Shown: positions 12,494 through 24,450 of the stretch, one piece after another
Layout of the letters: each line of letters starts with the position of its first letter
Numbering within the stretch: position 1 is the first letter of the stretch
Assembly: GCA_037447605.1 (NCBI GenBank)
Contig: CM074804.1
Span: 62,001 to 126,000 of the forward strand
Length of the DNA: 64,000 nucleotides
Direction of reading: 5' to 3'
DNA from: Zygnema circumcarinatum SAG 698-1b
Lineage: Eukaryota; Plantae; Zygnematophyceae
Made by a program: the position numbers and the translations under genes
Notes under the pieces: model-generated
Database searches by the model: none
Seen by the model: the letters and a program-made list of their open reading frames with translations, nothing else
What the model was told of the DNA's origin: nothing

Positions 12494-12583
12494 GAGCTTC
12501 AAAAGCGTTCCTCTCTCATTCATGACTGGCCGTGCCATGTAAAAAAGTGTCCTATGATTTGCTAGGAATCTCATCATCTGCCC
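12494..12583 (-). ncRNA. Box C/D snoRNA, snoR10-like (degenerate copy)
   Basis: ATGATGA C box, guide TAGGACAC, D box drifted to TTGA. Homologous to 46287-46378. Confidence 0.6.
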
Positions 12584-12656
12584 AAAGACTTTAAATCCGT
12601 GGTGCAAATGCATAACACATGACAGCGATCAGCAAAACACACTGAACTGAGAGTGC

Positions 12657-12748
12657 TTGTGGAGTCAGAAAGAACGCAGTGAAGTTTGAAATCACTGGAG
12701 GTGATCCTCATTTCAAGTGTTGGTAAGTTTTGACATCATCCTCCATAA
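12657..12748 (-). ncRNA. Box C/D snoRNA, snoR9-like dual guide (cluster 1)
   Basis: TGGAG/CTCCA stem, C box ATGATGT, D' ATGA, C' GTGATTT, D CTGA. Guides CCAACACTTG (25S) and CTGCGTTCTTT (5.8S). Confidence 0.85.
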
Positions 12749-13120
12749 CTAAAGATATAGCCGAATAAGGATCAGGATTGACCATAACAAGTCTTTCATC
12801 AGGAATGTTTCCCAGTACTTACCACTTCATTCAAAAGGATGAGATGAGGGATCGATCTGCATGGAGGGTGCCCTGCAAGTACGCAGAAGCAGCGGAAAGA
12901 AAATCAACTGAAGAACTTCACATTCTGTCAGGAGCAAACCTGAAATCAACTTAATTACCTTGAGACATCACCCTGCTTAGGACGAACAGATTGAGAACTT
13001 CTAAAACAAAACATGCCTCAAAGGCCGAAATAATAGGAAAAGGTTGTTAGCGCAGCAAAACTTCTCAAGCCGCTTTTGCAGCGATACCACAGTCAGCAAT
13101 CGAGTCATAGCGAGAGCGAG

Positions 13121-13253
13121 AGATGTTCCAGAACGATTGAGCATGCAGTCAGTGATCATGACGCTCACCCAGCCCCGGCTATACTTTACTCGGCATTTGG
13201 GACGTACTTCTCTATAAGCAACGAGAAGTCGTACGGAGATAGTAGCCGAAATT
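13121..13253 (-). ncRNA. Box H/ACA snoRNA (copy a, cluster 1)
   Basis: Hairpin - H box (AAAGTA) - hairpin - ACA plus 3 nt. Homologous to the three other copies. Confidence 0.75.
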
Positions 13254-13316
13254 CTCCGGTGCAGAGCCACCGGTAAGCATTCATAACAATTCAAGTATGG
13301 AAGCAGGGAGCAAGCG

Positions 13317-13757
13317 CTACGAATGAGACGCTACCTTCAACACGGCCGACTTCTCACCCTCCTCACCATTAAGCCCCAACTTTCCAACCGCCTCCTTCTC
13401 TCCGAGCACTACTTCCTCTCCCTTCTGCACCTCCCCAGCCTCGCTTTCAGCGACTTTCGTCACATCTCCTGCAAGCACTCTCTCTTCCTCCTTCCCTTCT
13501 CCCTCCCCGTCTCCCTCACTCTTCTTCCCTTCACCCTTCCCGTGCAGCGCCAGCACCAGGCGCCGTGAAGCAGTGTATGTCTTAGAGGAGGCGGAGCGGA
13601 TGAGCTGCACCGCAACGCTTTTACTCCCCTTCTTCTCTTCTTCGCCCCCCACCTGCATCTCCCCTTTCTCCTTTACCTTTCCACAAACCTCTGCCGAATC
13701 CCCTGCAACCGCCCCCTTCTTCCCCTCTCCCTCTCCCTTTCCCTCCCCCTTCCCCAT
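13317..13757 (-). CDS. Low-complexity G/E/K-rich ORF directly upstream of snoRNA cluster copy 1 (doubtful coding)
   Basis: ATG-initiated MGKGEGKGEG...LKVASHS*, ending at the duplication junction. No recognisable domain. Confidence 0.25.
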   Translation of the reverse strand: MGKGEGKGEGEGKKGAVAGDSAEVCGKVKEKGEMQVGGEEEKKGSKSVAVQLIRSASSKTYTASRRLVLALHGKGEGKKSEGDGEGEGKEEERVLAGDVTKVAESEAGEVQKGEEVVLGEKEAVGKLGLNGEEGEKSAVLKVASHS

Positions 13758-14189
13758 TTCCCAGCAACGGACGCCTTGAAACAATATAGAATCTGGAAAA
13801 CGCGATGCGGATGAGCCGCGCCCACATAGAAGGAGGGAGAGGGAGAGAGGGAGGGAGAAGGAGACATAATGCGCATAGCGCACATAGTCTAGCCATGTCC
13901 TATCAACTAAAAAACGATGTTTGGACTTGCAAACAGCGTTTCCTAGCTAACACGACATGACTGGAAATTGTGCGCAATGCCCACTATGTCCCCTTCCCCC
14001 TCCCCTTCCCCCTCCCCTTCCCCCTCCCCCTCTTCTTTTTCCTCCCTCTCTCTCTTTTTTCTCCCCTCTTCCCTCTCTCTCTCTCGTACTCCGCCAGCTC
14101 GTCTCTCGTCTCTTCTACTTCCTCGGACCTCGGGCCGGGCCGGGCCGGCCCGAGTGGACCCGCCTCGCCCTCCCGCCCGCTGCCGCACT

Positions 14190-14330
14190 CGCCACGTCGA
14201 CGGCGGCGCCGCTGCGGATTGGCGAAGCCGCCCGTGCCCGGTCCCCTTTCCCGCCACGTGGCCGCCGACAGGGGGCTGCTGGCACGCGCGGCGCCGGGAT
14301 CCACCTGGAAAGCGCACGTGCTGACGTGGC
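14190..14330 (+). promoter_or_regulatory. G-box/ABRE-like ACGT cluster upstream of the 14796 gene
   Basis: GCCACGTC, GCCACGTGGC, GCACGTGC and TGACGTGGC within ~140 bp of GC-rich promoter. Confidence 0.4.
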
Positions 14331-14795
14331 AGATGGCAGAGGTACAGGGCGCGCGTTCACACGGGGAGGCGCCCGAGCCCGACCCCGCGCCCGGCCGGGG
14401 GGGGGGGTCGAGGTGGGAACGCGCACGGGGTCGGGCCTGGCGGGCCGCCCTTCGCGGGGCGGGGCGGCCTTGCGCTGCCCGGGCGGGCGGGCGGACGGAC
14501 GGACGGATCGCGGTTGGTTTTGGGCCTGCCTGCGAGCGTCCGTGCGTGGGTGCGTGGGTGCTAGCGCCACCCGCGGAACCTGCAGCTATTCTTCCGCGGT
14601 TCCGCCCGCCTTCCCTCCCTCCCCCGCCGCGCGGCTTCCCACAGTTCCTGCAGGAAGGAGCCGCCCGCCGTACCTGCGTCGCGTGGTACATGCGGCGGAG
14701 CACCAGGTTGGAGGAGCGTTTTTTCGCAGGTCAAACTGGCGGTCGCGCAGCATCTCGCTGCGTTCCCTAGCGTCGAATCCAACGCACGGGGAGAG

Positions 14796-15975
14796 ATGCA
14801 CGAAAGATGGCGCGGGAGCAGGGCAGGCTGCAGAGGAGATGTGTCAGAAGAAGAAGTGGTGTTTCCTCGGGCTCGCCGAGTTGCGGCGTCTCCAGGGTGT
14901 ATTGCAGATGTTGTCAAGCCACGGAGGCGAAGAAGGTGAAGACCTATGTGGACGCCTTGATTATGTTTCCTGCTATGGCCGCGACTTTGTGGAACTGCTG
15001 CTCTTGCCCGTCGAATCATGCGGTTGAGATATTATAGCGTGTCTGATTTGTTGAATAGCGGACGTTTTTTACTTTTAAAAGTTCGGGTGTGCGCTGTGGA
15101 GGCTTTTTTTTTGTCGTTAACTGAAGTTGTTCTGAAGGATATCGTGCTAATCTGACAACAGCACCACACTGACCTGACCAACTCTTTTTTTACGATATTG
15201 AAATCTTTTTTGTTTGCCTGTTGCTCCTTACTCATCTGTCCTGTTTACAGTTTTGTCATTTCGTCGAATGTGTTGACACAGTCTTGGTTTGAGAATATGG
15301 GTGTTCGGGTTCATTGTTTAGTTTTTCGCTTTTGAGTGTCAGTGAGGTGAAGAACATGAACGTCGTCGTCCCTGTGGGCTGACGTGTGCTTTATTCTCGT
15401 GACCTGCAGTGCTCCAAATCGTTGTGATGCGGAGGTTGGCCGCGAGATTTTGGATATTTTTCTTTGTAAGGTGAGTAGAAGGCTGTGTCGTCGTCGCAGT
15501 AGGCGTTCTGAGTAGCTGCAGCAGGTTTGATGAGTGAGCAAATGACCGAGGGATGATCTGTTATAGATCTGCATCTACTTTCTACTTTCTTACGGCACGT
15601 GATTTCGTTTCTGTACTGGCGTCGTTCCTTTTGTTTCAGGGTTTTCTCTGGTGCTGTCATTTTTCTAATGGTCTGTCGTTTTCTTTTGCATATGCGCAGA
15701 ATAGTAAATGCAGTGACAGTGGAATGCAGAGTTTCTCACCCCCGCCCTGTGCTTCGCCGCCCAGCCGCTCTGGGAACCCCATAGTAAAGGACCTTCGCTT
15801 CACTCACGACCGGAGCACGCGGCTCTGCCCCCTTTCCAGCGGCCCTTCCTGTCAGGCCGTGTATGCGAGCTGTGCACCCGTTCGAGCAGTCCCTAGTGTC
15901 CGAGTGGAGGGATTCTTCTCTCCGGCAACGGCCAAGCCTTCCGAAGCGAGGTGCATGCCGCTGCAATGTGCATAG
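14796..15975 (+). CDS. Small plant-specific uncharacterised protein (At5g16110/At3g02555-like); exons 14796-14935, 15410-15470, 15700-15975
   Basis: Spliced frame MHERW..EEVVFPRARR..|SAPNRCDAEVGREILDIFLCK|..CASPPSRSGNPIVKDLRF..PSVRVEGF. Matches the recalled family motifs VCPKPRR, ELLDIIL, GSPPSRxxNPLxxDxRF and VRVEGF in the same order. Confidence 0.75.
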
Positions 15976-17112
15976 ATGATGACTTTTTTGTTTCTTCGAA
16001 GTCTTTTTTCGCGGAGGCGGTCGGCCTGATGTCAGCAGAGGAGCGAGCATGCTGCGGTGCGTACGCACATCGCGTGTGAGCCCCTGGTGAAGACGGGCCC
16101 GGGCCTGCGCAACCATTCTGCAACTTTTTGTTGGCAACAATACTCTTATTTTGAAAGGTGTACACTGAAGAGATCGCAAGCTGTCCGAGGAGGAAGATTG
16201 TAGGACGATAGGCAGCAGGCAAGAATCGGCTGGTGGTGGTGCCCTCCACATGTTGATATATATGAAGAGGAAGCAGTAACAAGGTATTCGTACTGTGTTT
16301 TTTGCTTCAGTGGTTTTGGTATCGCCTTTTTTATAGTATCGTTAATAATATGCAGGTGTAGTCATTCTTGCCGTTGTCAGTTGTATAAATGTAGATGCGA
16401 GCGCAGAAGTCTGCAATTCTTTAGCGAGTAGGTAGTTTGGGCGAAAGTCCTCGCCTGCCTCTCCATCGAGGTGTATTTGTGGCGGATAGGCGAGAATGGT
16501 ATCCTGTACGCACGGATTATCATTCCTCTGAGCAGTCGAGTCGAGTCCCTTTTTTGTCGACTAGGATGTGAGCTGTATTGAGCTCCGGCCTTTAATAACT
16601 ATAAAGCTCGTTGGTGTGCACAGCCCCTTGTCGCCCTCTTGTTGCCTGCCTGCTTGCCTGCCTGCTTGCCTGCCGTGCCTGGACTCTCCATCGGGTCGGA
16701 ATGCCATGGAATGCCCACAAGCCCATGAACAATGGCCGGCTCTGCCCTGCCCTGCCCTGCCCTGCCCTCAGCAGCGGCCATGGCGGCCGGCCGAGTGTGC
16801 CAGAGGGCGCGGAATTAGTCCTGGGGAGGGTATGACCAAGTTAGCCGACGCCGTGGTTGAACCCCTCCATCGTCCGTACAGGGCGGAGCGCAAATATCCG
16901 CCCGCACGCTGTGAGCCGTCCACCAGTCGCCGAGCGCCAGCTGGGCCTCGCACGCCGGCCGCCACGCCCCCATTGGCCGGCGCGCCACCCTATCCGCGCT
17001 GCCATCCGCGCAAGGGCGGCGACGCGGCGCCGCGCAATCCGGTGGACGGGAGGGCGCGGCGGGGCGTCACGTGACGTCACCCCTGCCAAAGGACGAATGG
17101 TATGTGTGACCA

Positions 17113-17275
17113 ACTGACTGACAGACTGACTGACTGACTCTAATGAAGCAACGGAGGTTTGCTGACCAGCTGACTAGCGGACTGTCTGGCGGACTGACTG
17201 ACAAACTGGTTGGAAGCAAGGGAGGTTTGCTGACCAGCTGACTAGCGGACTGTCTGGCGGACTGACTGACTGACT
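17113..17275 (+). repeat. (ACTG)n microsatellite with a ~50-bp direct duplication
   Basis: GGAGGTTTGCTGACCAGCTGACTAGCGGACTGTCTGGCGGACTGACTGAC occurs at ~17153 and ~17222. Confidence 0.85.
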
Positions 17276-18207
17276 GGAGGGAAGGAAGGAAGGCGGCCGC
17301 TGCCTGCCGAGTAGAAATTGGTTGATATGAAAAAAGCACCTCTCTCGCCCTCTCCCTCTCCCTCTCCCTCTCTCAAAACAAGTTTTTGTTGTCCGCGTGA
17401 TGGCCTCGCCGCCATGAGATGAGCGCCAAGTCATGGTCTTCCCTCGGAGGCAGACAATTGCGAGCTGTGGTTGAGGGCCGCATGGCGCACCACCTTCAGT
17501 TGCATCACCAGCCACTTATCACCTTTAATCTGGGCCAAACTATTGCGACCTCTCAACGTTGGAAGGGTCACGTGTGTAAGCATAGGTTAGTCTATAACTA
17601 TGCCGTGCTACGCTATGAATCCAACCCCTACCCCTCTTCTGCCCTCCTATCTCTCCAACTCTCCCCACATCATATTATAAATCCCGCTTAAGGATAATTA
17701 TTGGCGTGGCACATCCCGTCACATTTGCACAGACAGAAGATGGAACAACAGCCCACAAGCATGCGTAATTGCAGACACGTTGCAGCGCCCTACACAGATT
17801 CAGGACCTCACATGTACGATACACTCTGTCAGGCAACCCACTCGGAGGCAACTTGAATTAAAAAATAAAAGAACTACATCTTAGCTGTCAAGTAATAGAA
17901 AGAATACTTCTATGAAAACCCTACACGGACTGCCTCTACCCAAAGGCGCTTGGGCCTGTGCAGCCGATCACACGTGTGGTAACCACCGCATTGCAGGCCA
18001 TGCTGCGCGGGCTTCCTCCTATGTTACACTGACTGTCTACGTGACATGGCTCGCCGTGCGCGGATCACAACTTGGATCCCGACGCCATGGCCCGCACCTA
18101 CGGAGCACAAAGAAACCACTCTCCAGCAGAGGGAGGCCATCCATCCGCCTCCGCGCGCTGCCGCCCGACGGACGGACGGACGGACGGACGGACGGACGGA
18201 CGGAGGC

Positions 18208-19846
18208 TTAGACGGTGTCCGAGGGGAGCGCGAGCTCGGTCTGCGCGTAGCCCTGGTAGGCGGAGAAGGCGCAGTCCGCGTCCAGCACGCCGGAGGACAC
18301 GTAGTCGGAGGGCGCGCCGTCCAGGAAGCCCTTCCCGCTCTCGCCGTCCGCGGCGATGGAGTGATGGAGGAGAGCGGCCACGCGCGAGAACTCCATGGCG
18401 CGCTGCTCTCGGCCTTCGCGGTACGTCTGCCCGAGGACGCCATGGATGGAAGGAGTGCTCTGCAGCACGAAAGGCAAAGAGAGAACAGCATAAACCACCA
18501 GGAGAATGAAAGCAGAAGGATGGCTCTTCATTTTCAGAGAATGCACAACCTGGTCGTTGGCGAGCGATCAAAAAGTAAGCGGGTCTGTCAACAGCAGCGG
18601 CGATCGGCAATCGGCAGGGGGCGGAGCGCACATTGATCCAGTTGATGCCGAGGCTGAAGTGGACCTCCGCGTCGTCGGGCCTCTGCAGGAGCGGGTTGGC
18701 GACGCGGAGGCGCACGTCCATGTCCAGCAGGCCGTCGAGCTTGACCGTGTAGTAGTCCACGTCGTAGGGGCCCTTCTTCTCCAGCGCCTCGAGGCGGATG
18801 GCGAGGCCGCCCTCGTAGCGGACCTCGTCGCCCGCGCGGCGCATGGCGGGCAGCGCGTCCCCGTCCGCGGCCGCCAGCGCCAGGAAGCCCTCCTCGCCGC
18901 GCGCCGTGGCCGGCCCGCCGCGCGCCACGAGGCGCAGACTGTGGCCCCCGGCGGGGCCGCGCCAGAGCAGGCCCACCTCCTTGATCCACGTGCGCACCGC
19001 CTGCCCGCCCGCAGAGAGCAGCGAGGCGCTCTCCGTGCGGTTGTCGAGGTACCCCGTCAGCTTCATGTTCAGGTGCACCCGCCGGTCCGACACCAGGCAG
19101 AAGCTCTTCCCGGGCGCGCCGCTGAAGTCGTAGTGCGTGCCGTGCGCGCCCACCAGGTGCGGGTCGTCGTTTATCGTCGCCTTGCACTTGCCGCCCACCC
19201 TCGTCTTCACCAGCACGTCTGTAGTGCACTCGGGGCCCTTCCCGCCGCGGTACACGAAGCACAGGCCGCCATAGGCGCCCCTGCTCCCCCACCAATAAAC
19301 TGTCAGCATGAGCATAGGAGTAGGCGCCTTTGCGCAAGCATTAGGGAAAGATAAGGGAGGCAGGGCGAGAGAGAGAGGGGGGGGGGCGCGCGTACAGATT
19401 GAGCCACTGCCAGACGGTGCATTTGGAGGAGCTCTTGCATTTCTCGCAGCACTTGGCGGCCGACCTGCGCTGCGACGCGCGGATGTTGGATCCGACGGAG
19501 GTGTCGTCGGGGAGGTCACCCGAGAGGGCGAACGCGGCTGTGCCGTACCCCACCAGGAGCGGGCAGTCGGAGGGGATCTGCGCACCTCGCACACACACTC
19601 AGCGTCGAGCTCTCCCTCCCTCTTCACGTTATCATAAAATCAGCTTTAATTCAGATTTATCTAGCACTGGCTGCCTCCCGTGACCCCCTCCGCTTGCGGA
19701 CTTACCACAAACTTGCCCTTCATCCCGCCGTCCGAGCAGGACCCCGTGTTGCAGCCATCGTTGGCGCGGTAGTCGGGGCATTGCGCTGCAGCTCCGAGCA
19801 CGAGCAGGGCGCCGGCAAGAGCGAGGAGCATGCTGCTGGCGGCCAT
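18208..19846 (-). CDS. Secreted PAN/Apple-like + root-cap (vWD-like) protein, copy A; exons 19706-19846, 19396-19577, 18632-19280, 18208-18459
   Basis: Signal peptide MAASSMLLALAGALLVLGAAA, Cys module SAAKCCEKCK..CTVWQW..GGLCF, then DDPHLVGAHGTHYDFSG..FCLVSD..LNMKL and HGVLGQTYR...DYVSSGVLDADCAFSAY (root-cap/LEA-related family signature). Confidence 0.85.
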
Positions 19847-21486
19847 GGCCACGGCTTCTGCCTGCCTGGCTGGGAGGGAGAGAGGGAGGAAGGGAGGGAG
19901 GGAGGGGAGAAGGGAGGGAGCGAGCGAGCGGCGATGCTGGCCAGCTGGCCGCGCGCGCTACTTCACTGCCCGCCGCCGCCGCCGCGCCGAGTCGACACGT
20001 GACGCGTCTGTTTGGCCGCATCGAAGGCGACAAGCCGGCGGCGGTTGTCGTTTTGTCTGCGGCCAAACGGCGCGCGCCGCCCCCTGCCAATACGACAAAC
20101 GTCCGCCCCCTGCGAACGGAACGGCCATGATGGCGCATGGAGCGTAGCGCGCAACGGAACGGAGCGAGCATGGAGCGGCAGCGGCAGGGCCGCCTCCAGG
20201 TGGCCCCGCCTTCATTGCCGCGCCGCCCACAGCAGCGAAACTGCCCTCGGGCAGGGAGGGGGGAGGGAGGGAGGCAGGGAGGGAGAACGGGAGAGAGGCA
20301 GAGAGAGAGGCAGGGAGGGAGACAGGAAAAGAGGAAGGCAAGGAGGGAGAGAGGCAGAGAGGGAGGCAAGGAGGGAGAGAGTGAGGTAGAAGAGAGGGAA
20401 GGCAGGGAGGGAGAGCGGGAGAGAGACAGAGAGGGAGGGAGGGAGGTAGAGAGGGAGAAAGAGAGCCAGGGAGGGAGGCAAGGAGAGGGAGGGAGGGAGA
20501 GAGAGAGGAGAGCGCAATGCGCTGTTTGAGGAGAGATAGCAGCACATGATCATCGCAACGCACGTGCTGTGGTCTATGAATGGGACAGTACTACGGTGCA
20601 TCCGTGTTTTGTTTCTGCATATGTTCGCAATGCGGAACTCATTGCGGTCGCAGCCTCGGGCGCTTTTCACATCCCTCGCCCTATGTAAAATTTGATGTGT
20701 TTCTATGCATGGCTGCATGTGGACGGCAATGCTATGGCGTAAGCTGCAGCGAAAAAGCAGTTGGAATCGTTGATTGCAGGCAGCGAGGTAGCGGGGCTCT
20801 TTCTTACAGCGGCTCCATCTATCGATCCCTCTCGCTCGTTTTATCATGGACCTTGCATGCCATTTGGGAATAAAAAACAAGCTGGTTGAGATCAGTTGCT
20901 TTTCACATGTGCATCCAAAAGCGTGATCTCGACGTGTTTGGATCTGGCGGGGAAACAGAAAGCGTTTCAGAAGAGAGTTCGAGGCGACACCAGAAAGCCC
21001 GCACGGACGAGGAAGCATGTAATGCTTTCTTGCATCTGCTTCTGCTTCGCCTCCCGCCCCCCCCCATTCCCCCTCCCTCGTCCCTCCACTCGCTGCCCAC
21101 ACGAACAAAGAGTGCAGATGCGACCATCCCCCCATGGCCGCCCATGCATCCATCCATGCACATGAGGCGGCCTGCGAGGCGCCACGTGTGGTCCGTACAT
21201 GCCTTCCTGCCACGTGGTGTCCCAGAGCCAGACTGGCGCACCCCGTTCCGTACCGTACGGCCTCGCTCCACCCTCCGCGCGGCCCCGCGCGCCCTCTGGG
21301 CGACGGGCGATGGCGCCCCTGCGCTGTCTCGCACGTGCGACGGCCGCCCCCTATTGGCCCCCCGCAGGGTTCGGGGGGTTCAGGAGCTCCCTGCCACGCG
21401 CCACGCGACCCTCCTGCCACGTGGCATCGCGCTGGCCGCCCCACGCTGCCGCAGCTGCAGGCCGCTCCTCCGCTATCGCCGCATCC

Positions 21487-24450
21487 ATGGCGGCCTCAGA
21501 GAGGTTCTTCCCTAACACCCTTCCTGACTACGACCCGTCGCAGGAGGCAGCAGCGGAGGACCTCAGGAGGGCCACAGTGGCCACGGGGGGGAGGGTGCCT
21601 CTGGCGGCGGAAGGCATCGCGTTCAACACGACAGGAGCGACAAAGGACGGGCCGCCATACCCATCGTCGGAGGAGTTTCTGCACGCAGCTCTCGAGCTGA
21701 AGTCGAAGGTCTGACCGTGGCTGCCTGGAGAGGGTCGACGGAGTTAGGGTTTCTAGAATTTGAGGATTCGAAGTTTTCCGGGCCGTAATGTTGAAGGAGA
21801 GGGGTTGCGGATGGCATTTGGACCTGAGAGAATCGTCGCTGCGGGAGGGGGCTCGATGCATCTACGGGGAGGAGGGGAGGTCTTTGTTAGAAGAGCTACT
21901 TTTTAACTAATTGTCTATGCTGTGACGACCAGACAAGATTGGTCTGCATACATGCGTCAGCTTGAAACAGTAAATCTTTCTAAATGATTTTTTACTGGAT
22001 CAGATAAGCCGTCACCCAGCCGCTTTTCAACTGCATTTGTTAAGAGCTATGATTGGACGTGTCTGCAAGGATGATACCAGCATCATATAGCTCTTCAGGC
22101 TGGCAGGTTTCGAAGGGTGCGTAGAAATTTCCGCCTTTGAAGCGAGCACTCGCCCAGGTGACGTGCGCAGATTGTGGCGGCCACGTGGGAAGCCGAAGGT
22201 GTCGGAGGCGACCCCTTTGCATACGCGGGCACGCTCGGAACTGCGTTCGTGTGCCTCCGCTGCTTCATGGCGGCTGGAAACGCGGCCGACCTCGACCTCG
22301 CTCTCGCCATGGCCGACGCGTGCGCTAGGACCGCGGCTTCCATGCGCCAGTCAGTATGGTGAACGCGCCCCAAGGAAGCGTGCATAGATCGGCAATTGCC
22401 GTATACGGTAGGCTAGGTCATTTGGATTGTCTCCGACGCGGATTGTCTGAATGCTGTTGATAATGGATGATGTGAAGAAACCAAAAACTTGTCAACGGGC
22501 TGTGACTAATGTTTTGGTGCGTTTAAGGGAGTCCTGCGTCTGTGGAGCTCAGAGCGCGTGTGCTAGTGTTTGGGCCTCTGCGACTCCTTTCTGCCTTTTG
22601 CTGATTGTTCTTCCGCTCGGATTTGGGCCGAGGGTGTTTGAACCCTTCCAACCTTGTACAGAGTGCCACGTGGCATGTGGCAGGCAGGTGACGTTCCTTT
22701 GTGGTCAGGCCGGCATCTATGCGGTCGGGGCGGTGGCGTCACACCTGAAGGGTGACAAGGCGGGGCTTATGCGCTACCTTCGGCTCTTCCATGAGGTGGG
22801 TTCCGTATTTACTATGTCTTAACGTATCAACAAGTCTCCTCAATTCCAGTGACAGCAAAGTGTTGAAGGAGAATAGATAGAGGAGAACTCTCCTAGGCGT
22901 TGACTTCACGTTTCCTTTTGAAGTATTGGATTGGACACAACCAGGCAGAGTGTCAGCATCGAGACCAAAGTTCCCTGCCTCCGTTGTGAAAAACTGATTC
23001 CGTCAGTCCGAGGCTTTCCCATGATCCGCAGGTTTCCAGTGACCAGAGGCTCGCGCTCGGCCCTGACGAAGGCGGGCGAGGTTTGCCCAACGAGCTCCTC
23101 TACGGGCGGGCAGGGTTTCTATGGGCCGCCCTGTTTATAAACGCGCATGTTGGGCCTGACACAATTCCGTCGACAGTCACAGTATGTCGCCGTTCCATGT
23201 CATCCCGTAGGCATTCACGATTTGTCGTAATCAGCTCATCTTTTGAACCGTGTTCTTCCTTTCTCTCATTTTCTGTTATTCATTATCCCTTTCCCTTTCT
23301 TTCTCTGCCCCTTTCCACTTTCCCTAAAGGTCTCGCTTCTCACTCTCGCTTTTCCTCGTTCACTGGCCCTATCTCCCCCATCATCCCTTCTCCCACGCTT
23401 CTCTATCCCCCTCCGTAATCCCCCTTCTCTCCCTCCATCCCTATACGCTGACTTCCCCTCCCCCTCCCCCTCCTCTCCTCCCCTCGCCCAGGCCCCGGTG
23501 GTGGGCGCAGTGGTGCGTGCGGGCCTGGCGGAGGCGGGTCCCGCGGGCAGCAGTCCGCTCCTGTACAGCTGGCACGGCACGCCGTACTTGGGCGCGGCCC
23601 ACGGCCTGGCCGGCGTCCTGCACGTGCTAATGCACTTCGCCCTCTCAGAGCGCGACACGCGTCTCGTCAAGGAGGCGCTGCGCTTCCTCATAGGCCAGAA
23701 GCTGCCGTCGGGGAACTATCCGTCCAGTCTCGGGACCGGCAGGGACCTGCTCGTGCACTGGTGCCACGGCGCGCCAGGGGTCGCTCTCACGCTCTGCTAC
23801 GCAGCAAAGGTCAGAACGCTACCCGAAAATTCAATTCTGTTTCTGCTATCTTTGAGGAAATGCAAGAATCACATACACATTCGCAATAATTTTCCTCCAT
23901 TGGCCCTCTGTGCGGGCGTTCTGCAACACTCGGACTGACCCCTTCCTTCTCTCTCGTCTCTCTTGCTCCTTCGCCATTTCCCTGCCAGTCCCTCTATTTC
24001 TAACCCTTCCCCTTCCCCTTCCTCCCCCCACTTCCCTCCACGCACCTTTACCTTGATGCTGTGCAGAAGTTTCCAGACTCCCCGGAGTTCTTGAAGGCGG
24101 CCATGGATGCCGGCGACGTGGTGTGGGAGCGCGGTCTCCTGCGGCGCGTGGGGCTCTGCCACGGGGCGGGCGGCAACGCGTACGTGTTCCTCGCCCTGCA
24201 CCGCGTGGCGGCCGCGCGCCGTCCCCTCCACCGCGCGCGCGCGTTCGCGGCCTTCCTGCGCGCCAACTGGCAGCGCCTCGTGGCCTCCGGGGAGATGGCG
24301 GGGGGCGACCGCCCGCACTCGCTCTTTGAAGGCGCGGGAGGGCTCGTCTGCCTCTGGCTCGACGTTGCGGACGAGGAGGGCTCGTGTTTCCCGGGGTACG
24401 AACTCCCCCAGGGGGAGCATCCGCGTCTGAGAGCAGCAGCTGATAGTTAG
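21487..24450 (+). CDS. LanC-like protein (GCR2/LANCL); exons ~21487-21708, 22171-22349, 22684-22795, 23032-23181, 23492-23808, 24067-24450
   Basis: RFFPN, YAGTLGTAF, VTFLCGQAG, PNELLYGRAGFLWA, YLGAAHGLAG, HWCHGAPG, GLCHGAGGNAY, SLFEG, FPGYEL. Zn-ligand WCHG and CHG motifs are intact. Confidence 0.93.

Larger units (their letters stand above)
11475..13324 (-). ncRNA. Polycistronic snoRNA cluster, copy 1 (inverted duplicate of 44021-45735)
   Basis: Reverse complement aligns over ~1.7 kb with 44021-45735 and contains the C/D and H/ACA units listed separately. No credible ORF. Confidence 0.85.

Noticed and set aside
12810-12830. TACTTACC resembling the U1 snRNA 5' end
   Set aside because: No U1 stem-loops or Sm site follow; it is the reverse complement of a GGTAAGTA donor-like site.
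13943-15037. Long overlapping GC-rich ORFs (356, 266, 239 aa)
   Set aside because: Stop-poor GC-rich promoter; the real gene uses a different spliced frame from 14796.
21487-24450. Lanthipeptide biosynthetic cluster suggested by a LanC gene next to Cys-rich secreted proteins
   Set aside because: No LanB/LanM dehydratase or precursor peptide; eukaryotic LANCL genes are stand-alone, and the neighbours are signal-peptide proteins whose Cys likely form disulfides.
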